A program made the translations under genes and the position numbers. This document shows, piece by piece, positions 20,901-33,334 of a stretch of DNA of 64,000 bases (position 1 is its first letter; every line of letters begins with the position of its first letter). The stretch is taken from NCBI GenBank assembly GCA_002269645.1, contig NIVC01002533.1:62001-126000 (forward strand). The letters are read 5' to 3'. This stretch comes from Macrostomum lignano. Taxonomy: Eukaryota. Below the pieces are notes generated by a model that worked only from the letters and a program-made list of their open reading frames with translations, was not told where the DNA came from and did not search any database.

Positions 20901-23900
20901 ATATATCATATTCATCTCCCACTCCCCTATCCAATTAACCCACTTGTAACTGCCGGTAACAGATAAAAACATACGCAAACTTGTCAAACGAGAGAGTAAG
21001 TTATTTATATAACAATAAATGTATAACATGTAGTATGTACACGTAATCTATTTATTAAATATTTGAAGCAGTTTCTTTTTATAATTGTGTGCACACCAGT
21101 TTTTGCTCTTCACTTCTTCTATTGCAATATTACAGAAAATAAGCCGATCATTAAATTATGCTTTGATTAGTTAGTTTCACAATAATAAGTATAATAACGT
21201 GTGTCCCAGAAAGCTTGCCTTCAATATTAATAGTAATAATAATTATCGTACGGCTGTTCAGTCCAAGGACTGGGGGGCCGGGGGTCGCCCCCACACAGCC
21301 TCAATTACCCCAGCTAATTTGCTGGCACCCATTTTACAGCTGAGTGAACTGAAAGTTAGGTGTCCGAATAGCCGAATAGGAGTCAGTTGAAATGATATGA
21401 GGCTTTTCTCAGATAAAACTTGCACTTTTTAATAGAGCATCGCATTTTCTTTCCTCCACCGCTTCCTATATTATACATGTATATATATATTGAAGATCTA
21501 ATCGTCTTGTCTAGTTTGCCTTTACTAGGTGTAGTTCTCTGTTTTAATTGATAAGCATAAATTGTGTTAATGCATCTCTTAACTCTGTATTGTTTGACTG
21601 ATAGTTTAGAATATATTTCAGTTTTTACTGTGATTATTTTTATTACTAACATCTAACAAATTGCTTACGATGTATTGTAGTTCTACTATTAAGTTTATTT
21701 TTTGAGCATGGTTATTATTGTTTCAATATCTACAGATATTTACTGTATCTGTTCTGTGTAGTTGACTTACCGTATAATTAAATGCTTTTTTCAATGATTT
21801 TTATTATCTACAAGGTTAGTAACTAAAGTCATAATATCATGCTTTAGTGTTGTTAATTAAATCATTATCTGATATCATTGTGCTAGATCTAGGATCTAGG
21901 AGCTAGAAAATATGGAATCTGGGATCAAGGATCTGAAATCTGGGATTTAGGATCAGGGATCTAGGATTTGGGATCTAGGATCTACATGTAGGATCTGGGA
22001 TCTAGGATCTACAATCTGGGATTTATGATCTGGGATCTAGGAATTTGGGATCTGGGATCTAGGATTTTGGGATCTGGGATCTAGGATTTCGGGATCTGGG
22101 ATCTGGGACCTGTTATCTGTTATCTAGGATATGGGATGTAGGATCTGGGATCTAGAATCTAGGATCTGACATCTAGGATCTGGGATCTGAGATCTAGGAT
22201 CTGGGATCTGGGATCTAGGATCTGGGATCTGGGATCTAGGATCTGGGATCTAGGATCTGGGATCTAGGATCTGGGATCTAGGATCTGGGATCTGGGATCT
22301 AGGATCTTAAACAAATAGACGTGAGATCTTGTGTCAGCATGACTAAAAATCTGTTAAAAGTACAATATGATTATTGAATAATTAAAAATCTTATATCAAG
22401 TTTTTGCGCCTACAAGTACTATTTGTGCAAAAGTACACACCTAGTTATCTCTGTTCCTCATCGCAATCACACAGACCAGGTGGACTGCTCTTCCCGTCTG
22501 GCCAGCCTATCAGAGCAGATTCACTCTTGTCAAGGCGACGAAGAGCTACTCCGATTGGCTACTGGTCACATGACCGCCCTAGTAACGGATCTCCAGTTGC
22601 TATGGGAACGGTTCATATCAACGGCCTGTTTACAAGAGTCGGTCATCGACCAGTGCGCCAGGCAGTACCACGCCATGCGGGTTCGCCGTTTCGCCGAAGG
22701 CTACTTTCGCACTGAGAAGCTGGTTGGCGATCTATTCAGACTGCAGGACGCGTCTCCTTATGAGAGTCTGGCCCAGCTAATCCGCACTTCGGCTTATTAT
22801 TCTCAGCTAGCTCAGCTGCCTCTGCACTGTCCGGAATTGGACGGCGATCCGGCCACTATGCCTCTGATATTTGAGGACGTCTATCCGCCGCATTCCGGAC
22901 AACCGGAACCGGATCCGTTGGCTGTGCCCGCGCCGCAGGCGGCCGAAACCGGGTCGCCTCAGCAGCCGCGACTCGAGGTAAGAAAGTGTCCATTGTTTCT
23001 AATTAGAGGCTAATTGTAGCTTGAGATGCCATTTCTGTAGCTTGAAATGCCGTTTTTGTAACTTTAGATGCCATTTTTTGTAGCTTGAGATGCCGTTTTT
23101 GTAGCTTTAGATGCCATTTCTGTAGCTTGAGATGCCATTTCTGTAGCTTGAGATGCCATTTCTGTAGCTTAAGATGCCATTTCTGTAGCTTGAGATGCCT
23201 TTTTTGTAGCTTAAGATGTCATTTCTGTAGCTCGAGATGCCATTTCTGTAGCTTGAGATGCCATTTCTGTAGCTTGAGATGCCTTTTTTGTAGCTTGAGA
23301 TGCCATTTCTGTAGCTAGAAATGCCTTTTTTTGTAGCTTGAGATGCCATTTCTGTAGCTTGCGATGCCATTTCTGTAGCTTAAGATGCCATTTCTGTAGC
23401 TTGAGATGCCATTTTTATAGCTTAAGATGCCATTTCTGTAGCTTGAGATGCCATTTCTGTAGCTTGAGATGCCATTTCTGTAGCTTGAGATGCCATTTCT
23501 GTAGCTTGAGATGCCATTTCTGTAGCTTGAGATGCCATTTCTGTAGCTTGAAATGCCGTTTTTGTAGCTTTAGATGCCATTTTTTGTAGCTTGAGATGCC
23601 ATTTCTGTAGCTTGAAATGCCGTTTTTGTAGCTTTAGATGCCATTTTTTGTAGCTTGAGATGCCGTTTTTGTAGCTTTAGATGCCATTTCTGTAGCTTGA
23701 GATGCCATTTCTGTAGCTTGAGATGCCATTTCTGTAGCTTGCGATGCCATTTCTGTAGCTTAAGATGCCATTTCTGTAGCTTGAGATGCCATTTCTGTAG
23801 CTTGAGATGCCATTTCTGTAGCTTGAGATGCCATTTCTGTAGCTTGAGATGCCATTTCTGTAGCTTAAGATGCCATTTCTGTAGCTTGAAATGCTTTTTT

Positions 23901-26900
23901 TGTAGCTTGAGATGCCGTTTCTGTAGCTTGAGATGCCATTTTTGTAGCTAAATTGAAGTGTCATTTTTGCAGATATGATTTCATGTAATTCGGGGATTCT
24001 ATTCAAACACAAGCGTTTCAATATTTAAATCAGTATTTAATTGTGAATGCCTAAACTTTACCGGAGTGTAATTAAATATGATGTGCCGATGATATATAAA
24101 AGCACATAATTATTTAGTTTCATAATCTTGTAATCCCCCCAAACCCCCCAGCAGACACAATCAGCCACGGATGGCAGTTCGAGTTCACCATCTCAAAATG
24201 CCTCCGCCGGCGCCTCATCAATGTCGACATCGACTCCAGCTCAGCAGCAGCGTCAGAATCTACCACCTCCGCCGCCGCCTCCTCGCATCACCTGCATGCC
24301 TGCTCAGCGGGCCCTGAGTTCGAATCTGCGCAGCCTATCAGGCCACGAAGCTCCGCCTGAGCAAGCCAACTCTGAGCACGCTCAGCTCATTGGCTATAGG
24401 AAATTAGTTAATGGCGATTCTTCCACTACTGCGGCTAATTCAACTGGGGTTAGCGTTGCTCACGATTCTCTAACCGGGCCCGGTTCTAACAATGCCAGCT
24501 TATTGACTGTCAGCGGCGGTGCTGGCAGCGGCCGGGGCCTGGGCACGCTTAGCACGGCCTGCAGTTTGCCAGACTTGCACCAAGTAGCTTCTGGATGCGG
24601 GAGCGGAGAACTGTCCGGTACAGGCTGTCTGGCTGATCAGGATCGAGACGGTGATGACGATGACGCAGACGTGATTGTTAGCGGCGGCAGAGGCGGAGCA
24701 GCAGCTCCGGGTTCTACTAGAAGTTCGGGTAGAGAAGAATCCGTGATGGAGGCGTTGTACGGATTCCAACGTCAGCAACAACGGGTTAGCATTTGTTGTC
24801 ATCATTTGATTTATTACTACTTCTGTTTCTATTCTACTATTAGTAGCATACAATTCTGAGTTATTTTTATTCCATTTTTATATTTGGGATTTCAATCAAA
24901 TTTTCTAGAATGCCATTTCCAAGTTTTGAAATGCCATTTCCAAGTTTTGAAATGCCATATTTAAGTTTCGAAATGCCATTTTCAAGTTTCGAAATGCCAT
25001 TTTCAAGTTTCGAAATGCCATTTTCAAGTTTCGAAATGTCATTTCCAGGTTTCGAAATGCCATTTTCAAGTTTAGAAATGCCATTTTCAAGTTTTGAAAT
25101 GTCATTTCCAGGTTTCGAAATGCCATTTTCAAGTTTAGAAATGCCATTTTCAAGTTTAGAAATGCCATTTTCAAGTTTCGAAATGCCATTTTCAAGTTTC
25201 GAAATGCCATTTCCAAGTTTCGGAATGCCATTTTCACCAGGTTTCGAAATGCCATTTCCAAATTTTGGAATACATGTATCATTTCTAAGTTTCAGAATGT
25301 CATTTCCAAGTTTCAGAATGCCATTTTAAAGTTTCGGAATGCCATTTTCAAGTTTCGAAATGCCATTTCAAGTTTCGGAATGTCATTTCCATGATTTGGA
25401 ATGCCATTGCCAAGTTTCGAAATGCCATTTTCAAGTTTCACAATGCCATTTACCAAAAATACGTGCGATTAATTTCATAGAAAATCATGCTTCTTCAAAT
25501 CATTATTCTCGCTAGGGCCTCGATGTGCCACCACCGCCGCCGCCGCCAGCTGCAGCAGCAGGCAGTTTGCACAGCCATCAGCAGTCAGTGCACCTGAGCC
25601 ATGCCAAATCAATGTCAGACCTGAAGCTCAGCAAGCTGGTCAGCGCATTCTCAGAGACTACACTGGCCAATGTGCAACGCAAAGAGGCAATGAAACGAGA
25701 GATGGCGCTGACTCAGTTGGATTCTATCCTGCATCTGTACAGCGATTTCCGACTGTCAGCTTTGGCTTCTACAGATCCGCCATTTCGAGACCTGCCCGAC
25801 CTGGGTAGCGGAGGCGGCTCCTCGGGCAGGCACCTGGTTGTTTGCGCGCACGGACTCGAAGGCAACTCGGGCGATCTTCGATTAGTTCGAGTCTACCTGA
25901 CCATGGCTCTGCCTAATGAACGATTTGACTTTCTAATGTCCGACCGTAATCAATTGGACACTTATGCTGATATTAAACAGATGAGGAACAATCTAGTTGA
26001 GGAGCTGCTAGCGCACCTGAGCGCTGCGTCTCGTCAGCCGACTCATATTAGCTTCATCGGCCACTCGCTTGGTACTATTATAATACGGGCTGCTGTGTCA
26101 GATTCCAGGCTGGCTCATTTGCGTTCGAAATTTCACACCTTCCTAAGCCTGAGCGGGCCTCATCTTGGCGCTCTGTATAACACTTCTAATCTAGTTAATG
26201 CTGGCATGTGGTTTATACAGAAGATGAAGAAGTCTGGCTCGATTCTGCAACTCAAATTGAAAGACAATTCCGATCAGAGACAGACCTATCTGTACGAGTT
26301 GAGTAGCGCATCGGGTTTGGACTCGTTTGCTAATGTACTGCTGGTCAGCTCGCCACAGGACCGATATGTGCCCTACCACAGCTCCCGGGTTGAGCTGGCT
26401 TCCAGGTGAGGGCTTGTTGCTTAGTGTTTTCAATTCTCACCGGCTCTTCTCGCTAATCCCATCGGTTCTCTGCTAATCTGCACACTAATCCCATTGATTA
26501 TCTACTAATTCCAACGGTTCTCAACTTATCTCACACCAAAATAATCGGTTCTCTACTAAAATGTACACTAATCCACTTAGTTCTGTACTAATCTGCACAC
26601 TAATCCCATCGATTAGGGGGCCGTAGCCCAGAGGTAGCGCAGGTGCTCTGGTGTGCCAGCGACCCAGGCTCGATTCCAAGTGCAGTCAAATTAATTTGGG
26701 GCTAAATTCGAATCTCGGCTTGGCTCTGCTCGTGCAATTAACGGCCTTGAGAGCCAACCCCCCAAGGCGCAGTGAAGTGTACATGCCTAACGACAATACG
26801 AGTATAAAGTTAGGGCCGCTGTACACTCCTGTGTGAGTGTGTGCCTGCATACGTATCGGCGCGCTTGTATGCCTGCTCAGGGGAGTCGGCGGAATGGGCA

Positions 26901-27841
26901 GTAATGCCTCTCGCCGGTTGTGTGCCTATGTCGCTTTAAGTGCGCAAGGGTGCACACAACCCCCTGCCTCTAATAAATAAAAATCCCATCGATTATGTAC
27001 TTTATGTACTAATCTGCGCACTAATCCCATCGATTCTGTACTAATCTGCGCACTAATCCCATCGATTCTGTACTAATCTGCGCACTAATCCAATCGATTC
27101 TGTACTAATCTGCGCACTAATCCCATCAATTCTGTACTAATCTGCACACTAATCCCATTGATTATCTACTAATTCCATCGATTATCTACTAATCCCATCG
27201 GTTCTCTACTAATCTGCACACTAATCCCATTGATCGAGAACCGATGGGATTAGTAGATAATCAATGGGATTAGTGTGCAGACTAGTAGAGAACCGATGGG
27301 ATTAGTAGATAATCGATGGAATTAGTGTGCAGACTAGTAGAGAACCGATGGGATTAGTAGATAATGTTACTAGTCTGCACACTAATCCACTCAATTCTGT
27401 ACTAATTTGCACACTAATCTCTTCCATTCTCTACTAATCTGTGTACTAATCTAGTGGCTAATACCATCGATTCTGTACTCGCTAGTTGTCTTGCCATTTC
27501 TCTCGATGCCTTATTCGCTAATTTCCTCACTAATCCAGTCGCAAATAATTCTATCCCAAAGTCACACCAAAGCGAATAATCCCTCACTAATTTGCAGAGC
27601 CCTAAAAGACACGGGCCAAATGTCCGCAGTGTACATGGAGATGGTGTCAAACCTGTTGCAGCGCCTATCCAAGGTGCTAACTGTTCGCTACGATGTTCAT
27701 CATTGCTTTCCAAGCAGTACCAACTCTCTAATTGGCAGGGCCGCTCATATCGCCGTGCTGGATAGCGAAGTATTTCTTGACAAGTTCATCTCCGTATCGG
27801 CTGCTAAGTACTTCTCAACTGTGGGGCTTGACAGTCGCTGA
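13914..27841 (+). CDS. FAM135: FAM135 family protein (N-terminal conserved domain + C-terminal putative lipase/serine hydrolase), spliced gene
   Basis: Exons: 13914-13990 or 14319-14395, 16564-16894, 17502-17824, 19789-19921, 20601-20769, 22475-22977, 24155-24784, 25516-26405, 27598-27841, all with consistent phases. Motifs ELDRFHNIDLYRRGYYEIR, MRVRRFAEGYF, VCAHGLEGNSGDLR, SFIGHSLG (GxSxG) and IGRAAHIAVLDSE match FAM135A/B. Confidence 0.9.
14319..14395 (+). CDS. FAM135: FAM135 first coding exon, variant b
   Basis: MSHCHLSLQLLVELDRFHNIDLYDR-GG|gtaagt; 77 nt, phase 2; polypyrimidine tract and AG upstream at 14300-14301. Confidence 0.8.
14739..14875 (+). mobile_element. SINE family A, 5' partial copy
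   Basis: Shares aatctcggcttggctctgctcgtgcaattaacggcc and gggccgctgtacac with the copies at 26616 and 58141. Confidence 0.75.
16168..16484 (-). mobile_element. SINE family B (tRNA-derived), full length, (TTA)n tail
   Basis: Minus strand begins ggggttgcagcctagtggttagagcg (A box)...ggttcgattccc (B box); body gtgtccttgagcaagacactt and cacccagctgtaaaatgggtgcc; ends in a (tta)n run. Confidence 0.85.
16564..16894 (+). CDS. FAM135: FAM135 exon 2
   Basis: cacag|A TAC TAT GAG ... GTG CAG|gtgaga; YYEIRCG...AVSKLVQ. Confidence 0.85.
17125..17345. repeat. Degenerate ~30-bp AT-rich minisatellite
   Basis: aaatgagaattatcgata...ttaa repeated about 7 times. Confidence 0.7.
17502..17824 (+). CDS. FAM135: FAM135 exon 3
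   Basis: aaag|GTG ATG TAC ... CTC AG|gtgagt; VMYKDQ...RGFHCYVPCIFDYYYLSCVEVMVHA. Confidence 0.9.
17841..17970. repeat. (TGTC)n microsatellite
   Basis: Direct reading. Confidence 0.9.
19085..19333. repeat. 16-bp minisatellite (TGTGAATTGTCCAGTT)n
   Basis: About 15 units. Confidence 0.9.
19789..19921 (+). CDS. FAM135: FAM135 exon 4
   Basis: cctgcag|G GGC ... AAT CAG|gtcagt; phase 2 to phase 0; ...SLSALQDILVGKNQ. Confidence 0.7.
20066..20555. repeat. 28-bp minisatellite (CCCAGATCCTCAGTTGCAGGGCCAGCCT)n
   Basis: About 17 units; source of the overlapping Q/S/P-rich ORFs. Confidence 0.95.
20601..20769 (+). CDS. FAM135: FAM135 exon 5 (5' boundary uncertain)
   Basis: HNNVCHLLLSAYESL matches FAM135 H-x-x-LC-x-x-LL-x-AY; donor CTG G|gtaagt. 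Phase-0 acceptors at 20600 or 20630; 20600 gives spacing closest to vertebrate FAM135. Confidence 0.75.
21247..21353 (-). mobile_element. SINE family B, internal fragment
   Basis: cgtacggctgttcagtccaaggact...tcaattaccccagcta...gctggcacccattttacagctg matches the 16.2-16.4 kb copy. Confidence 0.8.
21885..22306. repeat. (GGGATCT/AGGATCT)n simple repeat
   Basis: Direct reading. Confidence 0.9.
22475..22977 (+). CDS. FAM135: FAM135 exon 6
   Basis: cacag|AC CAG ... CTC GAG|gtaaga; MRVRRFAEGYF...LPLHCPELDGDPATMPLIFEDVY. Confidence 0.92.
23018..23949. repeat. 21-bp minisatellite (TTTCTGTAGCTTGAGATGCCA)n
   Basis: About 44 units filling the intron. Confidence 0.95.
24155..24784 (+). CDS. FAM135: FAM135 exon 7 (low-complexity linker)
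   Basis: cagcag|ACA ... CAA CGG|gttagc; phase 0/0, GC-rich, stop-free. Confidence 0.8.
24905..25452. repeat. 21-bp minisatellite (GAAATGCCATTTTCAAGTTTC)n
   Basis: About 26 units. Confidence 0.95.
25516..26405 (+). CDS. FAM135: FAM135 exon 8 (alpha/beta-hydrolase-like domain)
   Basis: gctag|GGC ... TCC AG|gtgagg; HGLEGN, GHSLG, SGPHLG, SPQDRYVPYHS. Confidence 0.95.
26440..27590. repeat. ~32-bp degenerate minisatellite (CTAATCCCATCGATTCTGTACTAATCTGCGCA) with an inserted SINE and an inverted block
   Basis: Forward units at 26440-26615 and 26982-27234; reverse-complement units at about 27235-27365; forward again afterwards. Confidence 0.85.
26616..26981 (+). mobile_element. SINE family A (tRNA-derived), full length
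   Basis: Head gggggccgtagcccagaggtag (A box)...ggctcgattcc (B box), A-rich tail; 14-bp flanking duplication aatcccatcgatta at 26602-26615 and 26982-26995. Confidence 0.85.
27598..27841 (+). CDS. FAM135: FAM135 last exon
   Basis: tttgcag|A GCC ...; VYMEMVSNLL...NSLIGRAAHIAVLDSEVFLDKF, stop TGA at 27839-27841. Confidence 0.95.
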
Positions 27842-28809
27842 TAACAAATTTATTGCAGCTGAGTTGGTTTGTAAATTGTAGACTTATCAGATGACGAGGT
27901 ATCAATGCATTGAATTGCAGTCAAATTTGCTCTCGCCTTTTACCCTGTAGACTATCTACTACAGAATCTATCTATCTTGTAATTTTAACCCCTTTGCTCT
28001 GCAATTAAGAATCAAAAACCTTGGGGCAGAGTAAGTTATTCCTATTAACGGACTTAACGAATAAAGGTTTTTAGCAGCTAAAGTTATGTATACTACGCTA
28101 CATATCGGTAGTTATCTGGATTCCAGATAGTTTCTTAAAAGTAGAGCAATAAAAAATCTATAAAGATGTTAATTGGTCCTTTCTGAATGATCCTTAATAC
28201 GTTGTTGTTTTCTGTGATTCCCTTTTGTGCGTTACGAGTACTTTGGAAAAATTTTACTTTTCAGTTAATTTCTTTTTTGGGGTAAATTGGTTTACTACTC
28301 AAAAATTGTTGCCATTTTTGTTACAGATAGTAATGAACATGTATAATCTTCTGTACTTTATATGATACCGCTAACTATGATCGCACGTCACTACTGTTTA
28401 TATATGATATTGCATGTATTGTATTGATTAGAGTTTTATGTCACTACCATTTAAAATCAGTTTGCCACGATTAGGATAGAATTCCGGATTGTACGAGTAC
28501 ATTAATGCTACTTAATAGTGATTATCAATGAATATTTATTTTTAGCGGTCTGTAACCTTTTATCTTTGTCATAATAAGCTTGCTATTTAAGTCTAAGGCG
28601 TCGTTTTCTCCTTACTTTTCAGTTTTTAAATCGGTCTATCTGTCGTTTGACCCGAATTCTAAATTTTTAGTTATGAGTATTCATTGATTACATTTATTTA
28701 TTTACTTGGTAAAAAATTGAATTGCTTATAATTTGAAAAAGGTTTGCGCATAAACAGCCTATATTTAACTTCACTATTCTTAGGTACAGAATGCACCTTG
28801 ACAACTAAC

Positions 28810-29380
28810 TAATCCAAAAGTACACAAGGCCTTAGACAAACACCAATCTAAAGTACACAAGATCCTAGACAAACACACCACTCCAAAGTGCACAAGACCT
28901 TAGACAAACCTCCAATCTAAAGTGCACAAGACCCTAGACAAACCTCCAATCTAAAGTGCACAAGACCCTAGACAAACCTCCAATCTAAAGTGCACAAGAC
29001 CCTAGACAAACCTCCAATCTAAAGTGCACAAGACCCTAGACAAGCCTCCAATCTAAAGTACACAAGACCCTAGACAAACACGCCACTCTAAAGTACATAA
29101 GGCCCTAGACAAACACGTCACTCTAAAGTACACAAACCCTAGACAAACACGCCACTCTAAAGTACATAAAGCCCTAGACAAACACGCCACTCTAAAGTAC
29201 ATAAGGCCCTAGACAAACACGCCAATCTAAAGTTCACAAGACCCTAGACAAACACGCCAATCTAAAGTTCACAAGACCCTAGACAAACCACCAATCTGAA
29301 GTACATAAGCCCCTAGACAAACACACCAATCTTAAGTACACAAGGCCCTAGACAAACACACCAATCTAAACACTCTAAAC
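28810..29380. repeat. 34-35-bp minisatellite (CTAGACAAAC...CTAAAGTRCAYAAGRCC)
   Basis: About 16 units, intergenic. Confidence 0.9.
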
Positions 29381-30241
29381 AAACATGCCCTAACTTAAAA
29401 CCCATTCACATCCTTAAATTTATTGCTTGTTTCCAAATGACAGTAAAAGTTTGCGCACCGATAGACATATCCATAAATACTTGTTTGGCTATTTTATTTT
29501 GTTTAACTTCTTTTCTAATTTCTAACGTTGAATTTTTTACTCTGTCTTTGTGTTGTCAGTTTCTGACACTGATTGTTGATTTTTTAGAGTTTAGTTGCAA
29601 GTTTTATGCATTAAACTTAGTCTTCATTTGCTCTTTATTTTATTGTATTACCGTTTTCTTCTTTCGTCTTTGAGGTATACGCAGAAATCAATGAAATCTT
29701 TTAATCGTATAATTATGGTTTCTGTAAACCTAATTTTGTATGATTATAATCATTGCTGACCAAAAATTGTTCCTCCATTAAGAGAATCTTTCTTTTATGC
29801 AAGTAAAAATGCAATATGTACTTTGGTGGAGAAGTTTTATTTTAAAACTATTTGACCCATCTGTACTTTATGCTAAACTATTTTCGCCTCGAGAGCCAAC
29901 AACACTTGTCTGTTTTATTTATGTTTTTAGCATATTGCCTGTCCTTTGCCTATGTGCACAGAATGGCTGTCCCTTCTAAACCAATATTGTGATGTCTGCA
30001 CAATCCAATAGAATGTATTGATTTATGATCATTTATGATAAGCCGCGTTGTTTGTTAATGTTTATCCTAATTATTAAGTAAACTTGCATGCAACCCCACA
30101 GTTAAACAGTTTTTAACATCGAGTAGAGTTTCTTAGAATTCGTTAAGTTCAAATCCATCAGTTTTTATTTGTGAACATCCATCATTTCATTTATGCTAAC
30201 ATTTCGGAAGCCATATTAAATTGAATAGAAACAATCCGGTC

Positions 30242-32535
30242 ATGACTGACGACAACAAGCCAACCTGCGGACAGCGCATGAGCGCCTGCGGCCGGTTCCT
30301 CTACAACAAAGATCGAGGCACCTTTCTCGGCCGAACTCCAAAATCGTGGGCTTTAATCACCATCTTCTATTTGATTTATTACTCTTGTCTGGCTGCATTT
30401 TTTGTCGGCATGCTGAGCGTACTGCTGTTCGGCATCATTGATGACACTAAGCCGATGCTGACTGGCGAACAGTCGCTGATCAGGATGAACCCGGGTCTGG
30501 GCATGCGCCCCATGCCGGATGTTGAACGGACTCTGATTAATGTGAACGCGTCTGATCAGAAGAATCTGGACAGGCTTGTTGGTAATCTGGATCAGCTGGT
30601 TAATTCCTACTCTTCTGTGAATAAATCGCTAGAGGATCCGAATATGGAGTACGCTAACTGCAACTTGGAGGATGCTGAGGTTAGTCTGTGATTTTTTGTG
30701 TATCTTTTGCCCTAATCTACACCTGAGAATCGGCCCTTAACTACACCTGAGAATCGGCCCTTAACTACACCTGAGAATCGGCCCTAATCTACACCTGAGA
30801 ATCGGCCCTAATCTACACCTGAGAATCGGCCCTTAACTACACCTGAGAATCGGCCCTTAACTACACCTGAGAATCGGCCCTTAACTACACCTGAGAATCG
30901 GCCCTTAACTACACCTGAGAATCGGCCCTTAACTACACCTGAGAATCGGCCCTTAACTACACCTGAGAATCGGCCCTTAACTACACCTGAGAATCGGCCC
31001 TTAACTACACCTGAGAATCGGCCCTTAACTACACCTGAGAATCGGCCCTAATCTACACCTGAGAATCGGCCCTTAACTACACCTGAGAATCGGCCCTAAT
31101 CTACACCTGAGAATCGGCCCTAATCTACACCTGAGAATCGGCCCTTAACTACACCTGAGAATCGGCCCTTAACTACACCTGAGAATAGGCCCTTAACTAC
31201 ACCTGAGAATCGGCCCTTAACTACACCTGAGAATCGGCCCTTAACTACACCTGAGAATCGGCCCTTAACTACACCTGAGAATCGGCCCTAATCTACACCT
31301 GAGAATCGGCCCTTAACTACACCTGAGAATCGGCCCTAATCTACACCTGAGAATCGGCCCTTAACTACACCTGAGAATAGGCCCTTAACTACACCTGAGA
31401 ATCGGCCCTAATCTACACCTGAGAATCGGCCCTTAACTACACCTGAGAATCGGCCCTAATCTACACCTGAGAATCAGCCCTAATCTACACCTGAGAATCG
31501 GCCCTAATCTATACCTGAGAATCGGCCCTAATCTACACCTGAAAATCGGCCCTAAACTACACCTGAGAATCGTCCCTAGTCTACACGTGAGAGTCGCCCC
31601 TAAATTACACCTGAGAATCGCAACTAATCTACACCTGAAAATGGCCCCTAAGCTACACCCGAGAATCGCCCCTAAGCTATACACATGAGAATCGCCCCTA
31701 AGCTATACACATGAGAATCAGTCCTAAACTACACCTGAGAAATGCCCGCACCTAAACTATACCTGAGAAATGCCCGCACCTAAACTACACCTGAGAAATT
31801 CCCGCACCTAAACTACACCTGAGAAATGCCCGCACCTAAACTATACCTGAGAAATGCCCGCACCTGAACTACACCTGAGAAATGCCCGCACCTAAACTAT
31901 ACCTGAGAAATGCCCGCACCTAAACTACACCTGAGAAATGCCCGCACCTAAACTATACCTGAGAAATGCCCGCACCTAAACTACACCTGAGGATCGGCCC
32001 TAAACTACACCTGAGAATCTCCTCATCAACCTTATCCCCACAGGCCAACCGGGATTTCGATCCCAAGAAGAAGATCTGCCGCATCGACCCCAGTAAGCAC
32101 TGGGGCAACTGCACCTCAGCCAATAAGTTTGGCTACGAGAGCGCCACCCCGTGCGTGATAATCAAGATGAACAAGATTTATGGCTGGCTGCCGGACATCG
32201 AAGACCCGCAGCTGTCCAACCACACCCTGATGCGTTGCGAACCTGAGAATGACGGCGACAAGGCGACATTCGGCAGCGGCAGTCTGCTGTACTATCCCGG
32301 CGTGACTGTGAACGGCACCGACTATGGCTACTTTAGCAGCGCTCTGTTCCCCTATTTGAACCAGAAGGGCTACACAACTCCGACTGTTGCTGTGAGATTC
32401 CCCAACGCTCGCCGCAATGTCCTACTGATGGTGTCCTGCCGCCTGTATAATATTAAGAACTATCGCTACGACAAGATGGACCGCGACGGTATGGTCCGAT
32501 TCGAACTGCTGATTGTCAACACTGGCAGTAGATGA
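30242..32535 (+). CDS. ATP1B: Na+/K+-ATPase beta subunit, two exons (30242-30679, 32044-32535)
   Basis: FLYNKDRGTFLGRTPKSWALITIFYLIYYSCLAAFF (TM), NPGLGMRPMP, C...WGNC, YGYESATPCVIIKMNKIYGWLP, YFPY-like LFPYLNQKGY...AVRF, final RFEL. Sites GAG|gttagt and cacag|GCC, phase 0. Confidence 0.95.
30715..32016. repeat. 24-bp minisatellite (CTACACCTGAGAATCGGCCCTTAA)n grading into a 28-bp variant
   Basis: Fills almost all of the ATP1B intron; after about 31740 the unit is aaactacacctgagaaatgcccgcacct. Confidence 0.95.
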
Positions 32536-33334
32536 ATGCTGATGGATTGAAGTCAAGAAGTTGGGATTTAGTTTGATCTGAACAATACATATCTGTAGGA
32601 ACCATTAAATTGTTGTTTTTTTATAGTTGGCCAAAAATTTCTAACCAAAATCACACACTTCCAAACTTTCCCGAATGGTGCACGCAAACTGGCTGAATCC
32701 AAACAAATGTTTTCCTATTTTTAATTTATTTATTAGTTCAGTTTTTTGTCTAATTATTTTATTAAACAAGCTGTTTTTTAGTTATATACATTTAGTAGAT
32801 CAAGAAATTAATCTCTCCGCCATCTCAGCTGCTGCGCTTTGAATTTTTTTGCGTTTTCTCTCTCTTCAATACACGAAATAATTATTAATAGTACTCTTTA
32901 TAATTATTAATCCATTAAAATAATTACATAAATCTCAATACGTATTAATGAGTTTAATTGAGAGGCTTGAATCTTTAATTAAGATTATAATTAGAAAGCC
33001 TGTTTTTACTGTTATTTACACCTTAAGTACATTGTATCGCTATATTAATGTGTGTTCCATCTTTTTGAAAAATTTAACTTTCAACGTGTCTCCATTTTTT
33101 CCTTTCTATAGTTGATTTGTTTTAATTAATTAATTAAAAACTTGCGGTTTCGTAGTTTTTATATTTTTAACAACATAGTGAAATCTAGAATGCGAAATAC
33201 ACAAAATTCTAAGTAACGTTTAAGCCTTTTTTAACTCACCATCTGTTTGATTCTCAATATCGTTATGTTCGTTTGTTTTTTTGATGTCTACTGCAATCTG
33301 AGAATTAGATTTAGGTGCTATTATATTATGAAGG

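Noticed and set aside
23018-25452. Periodic Cys/Phe-rich or Phe/Pro-rich ORFs
   Set aside because: In-frame translation of 21-bp minisatellites within FAM135 introns.
28810-32016. Regular direct repeats superficially like CRISPR arrays
   Set aside because: Head-to-tail units without unique spacers, in a eukaryotic intron/intergenic context, with no cas genes.
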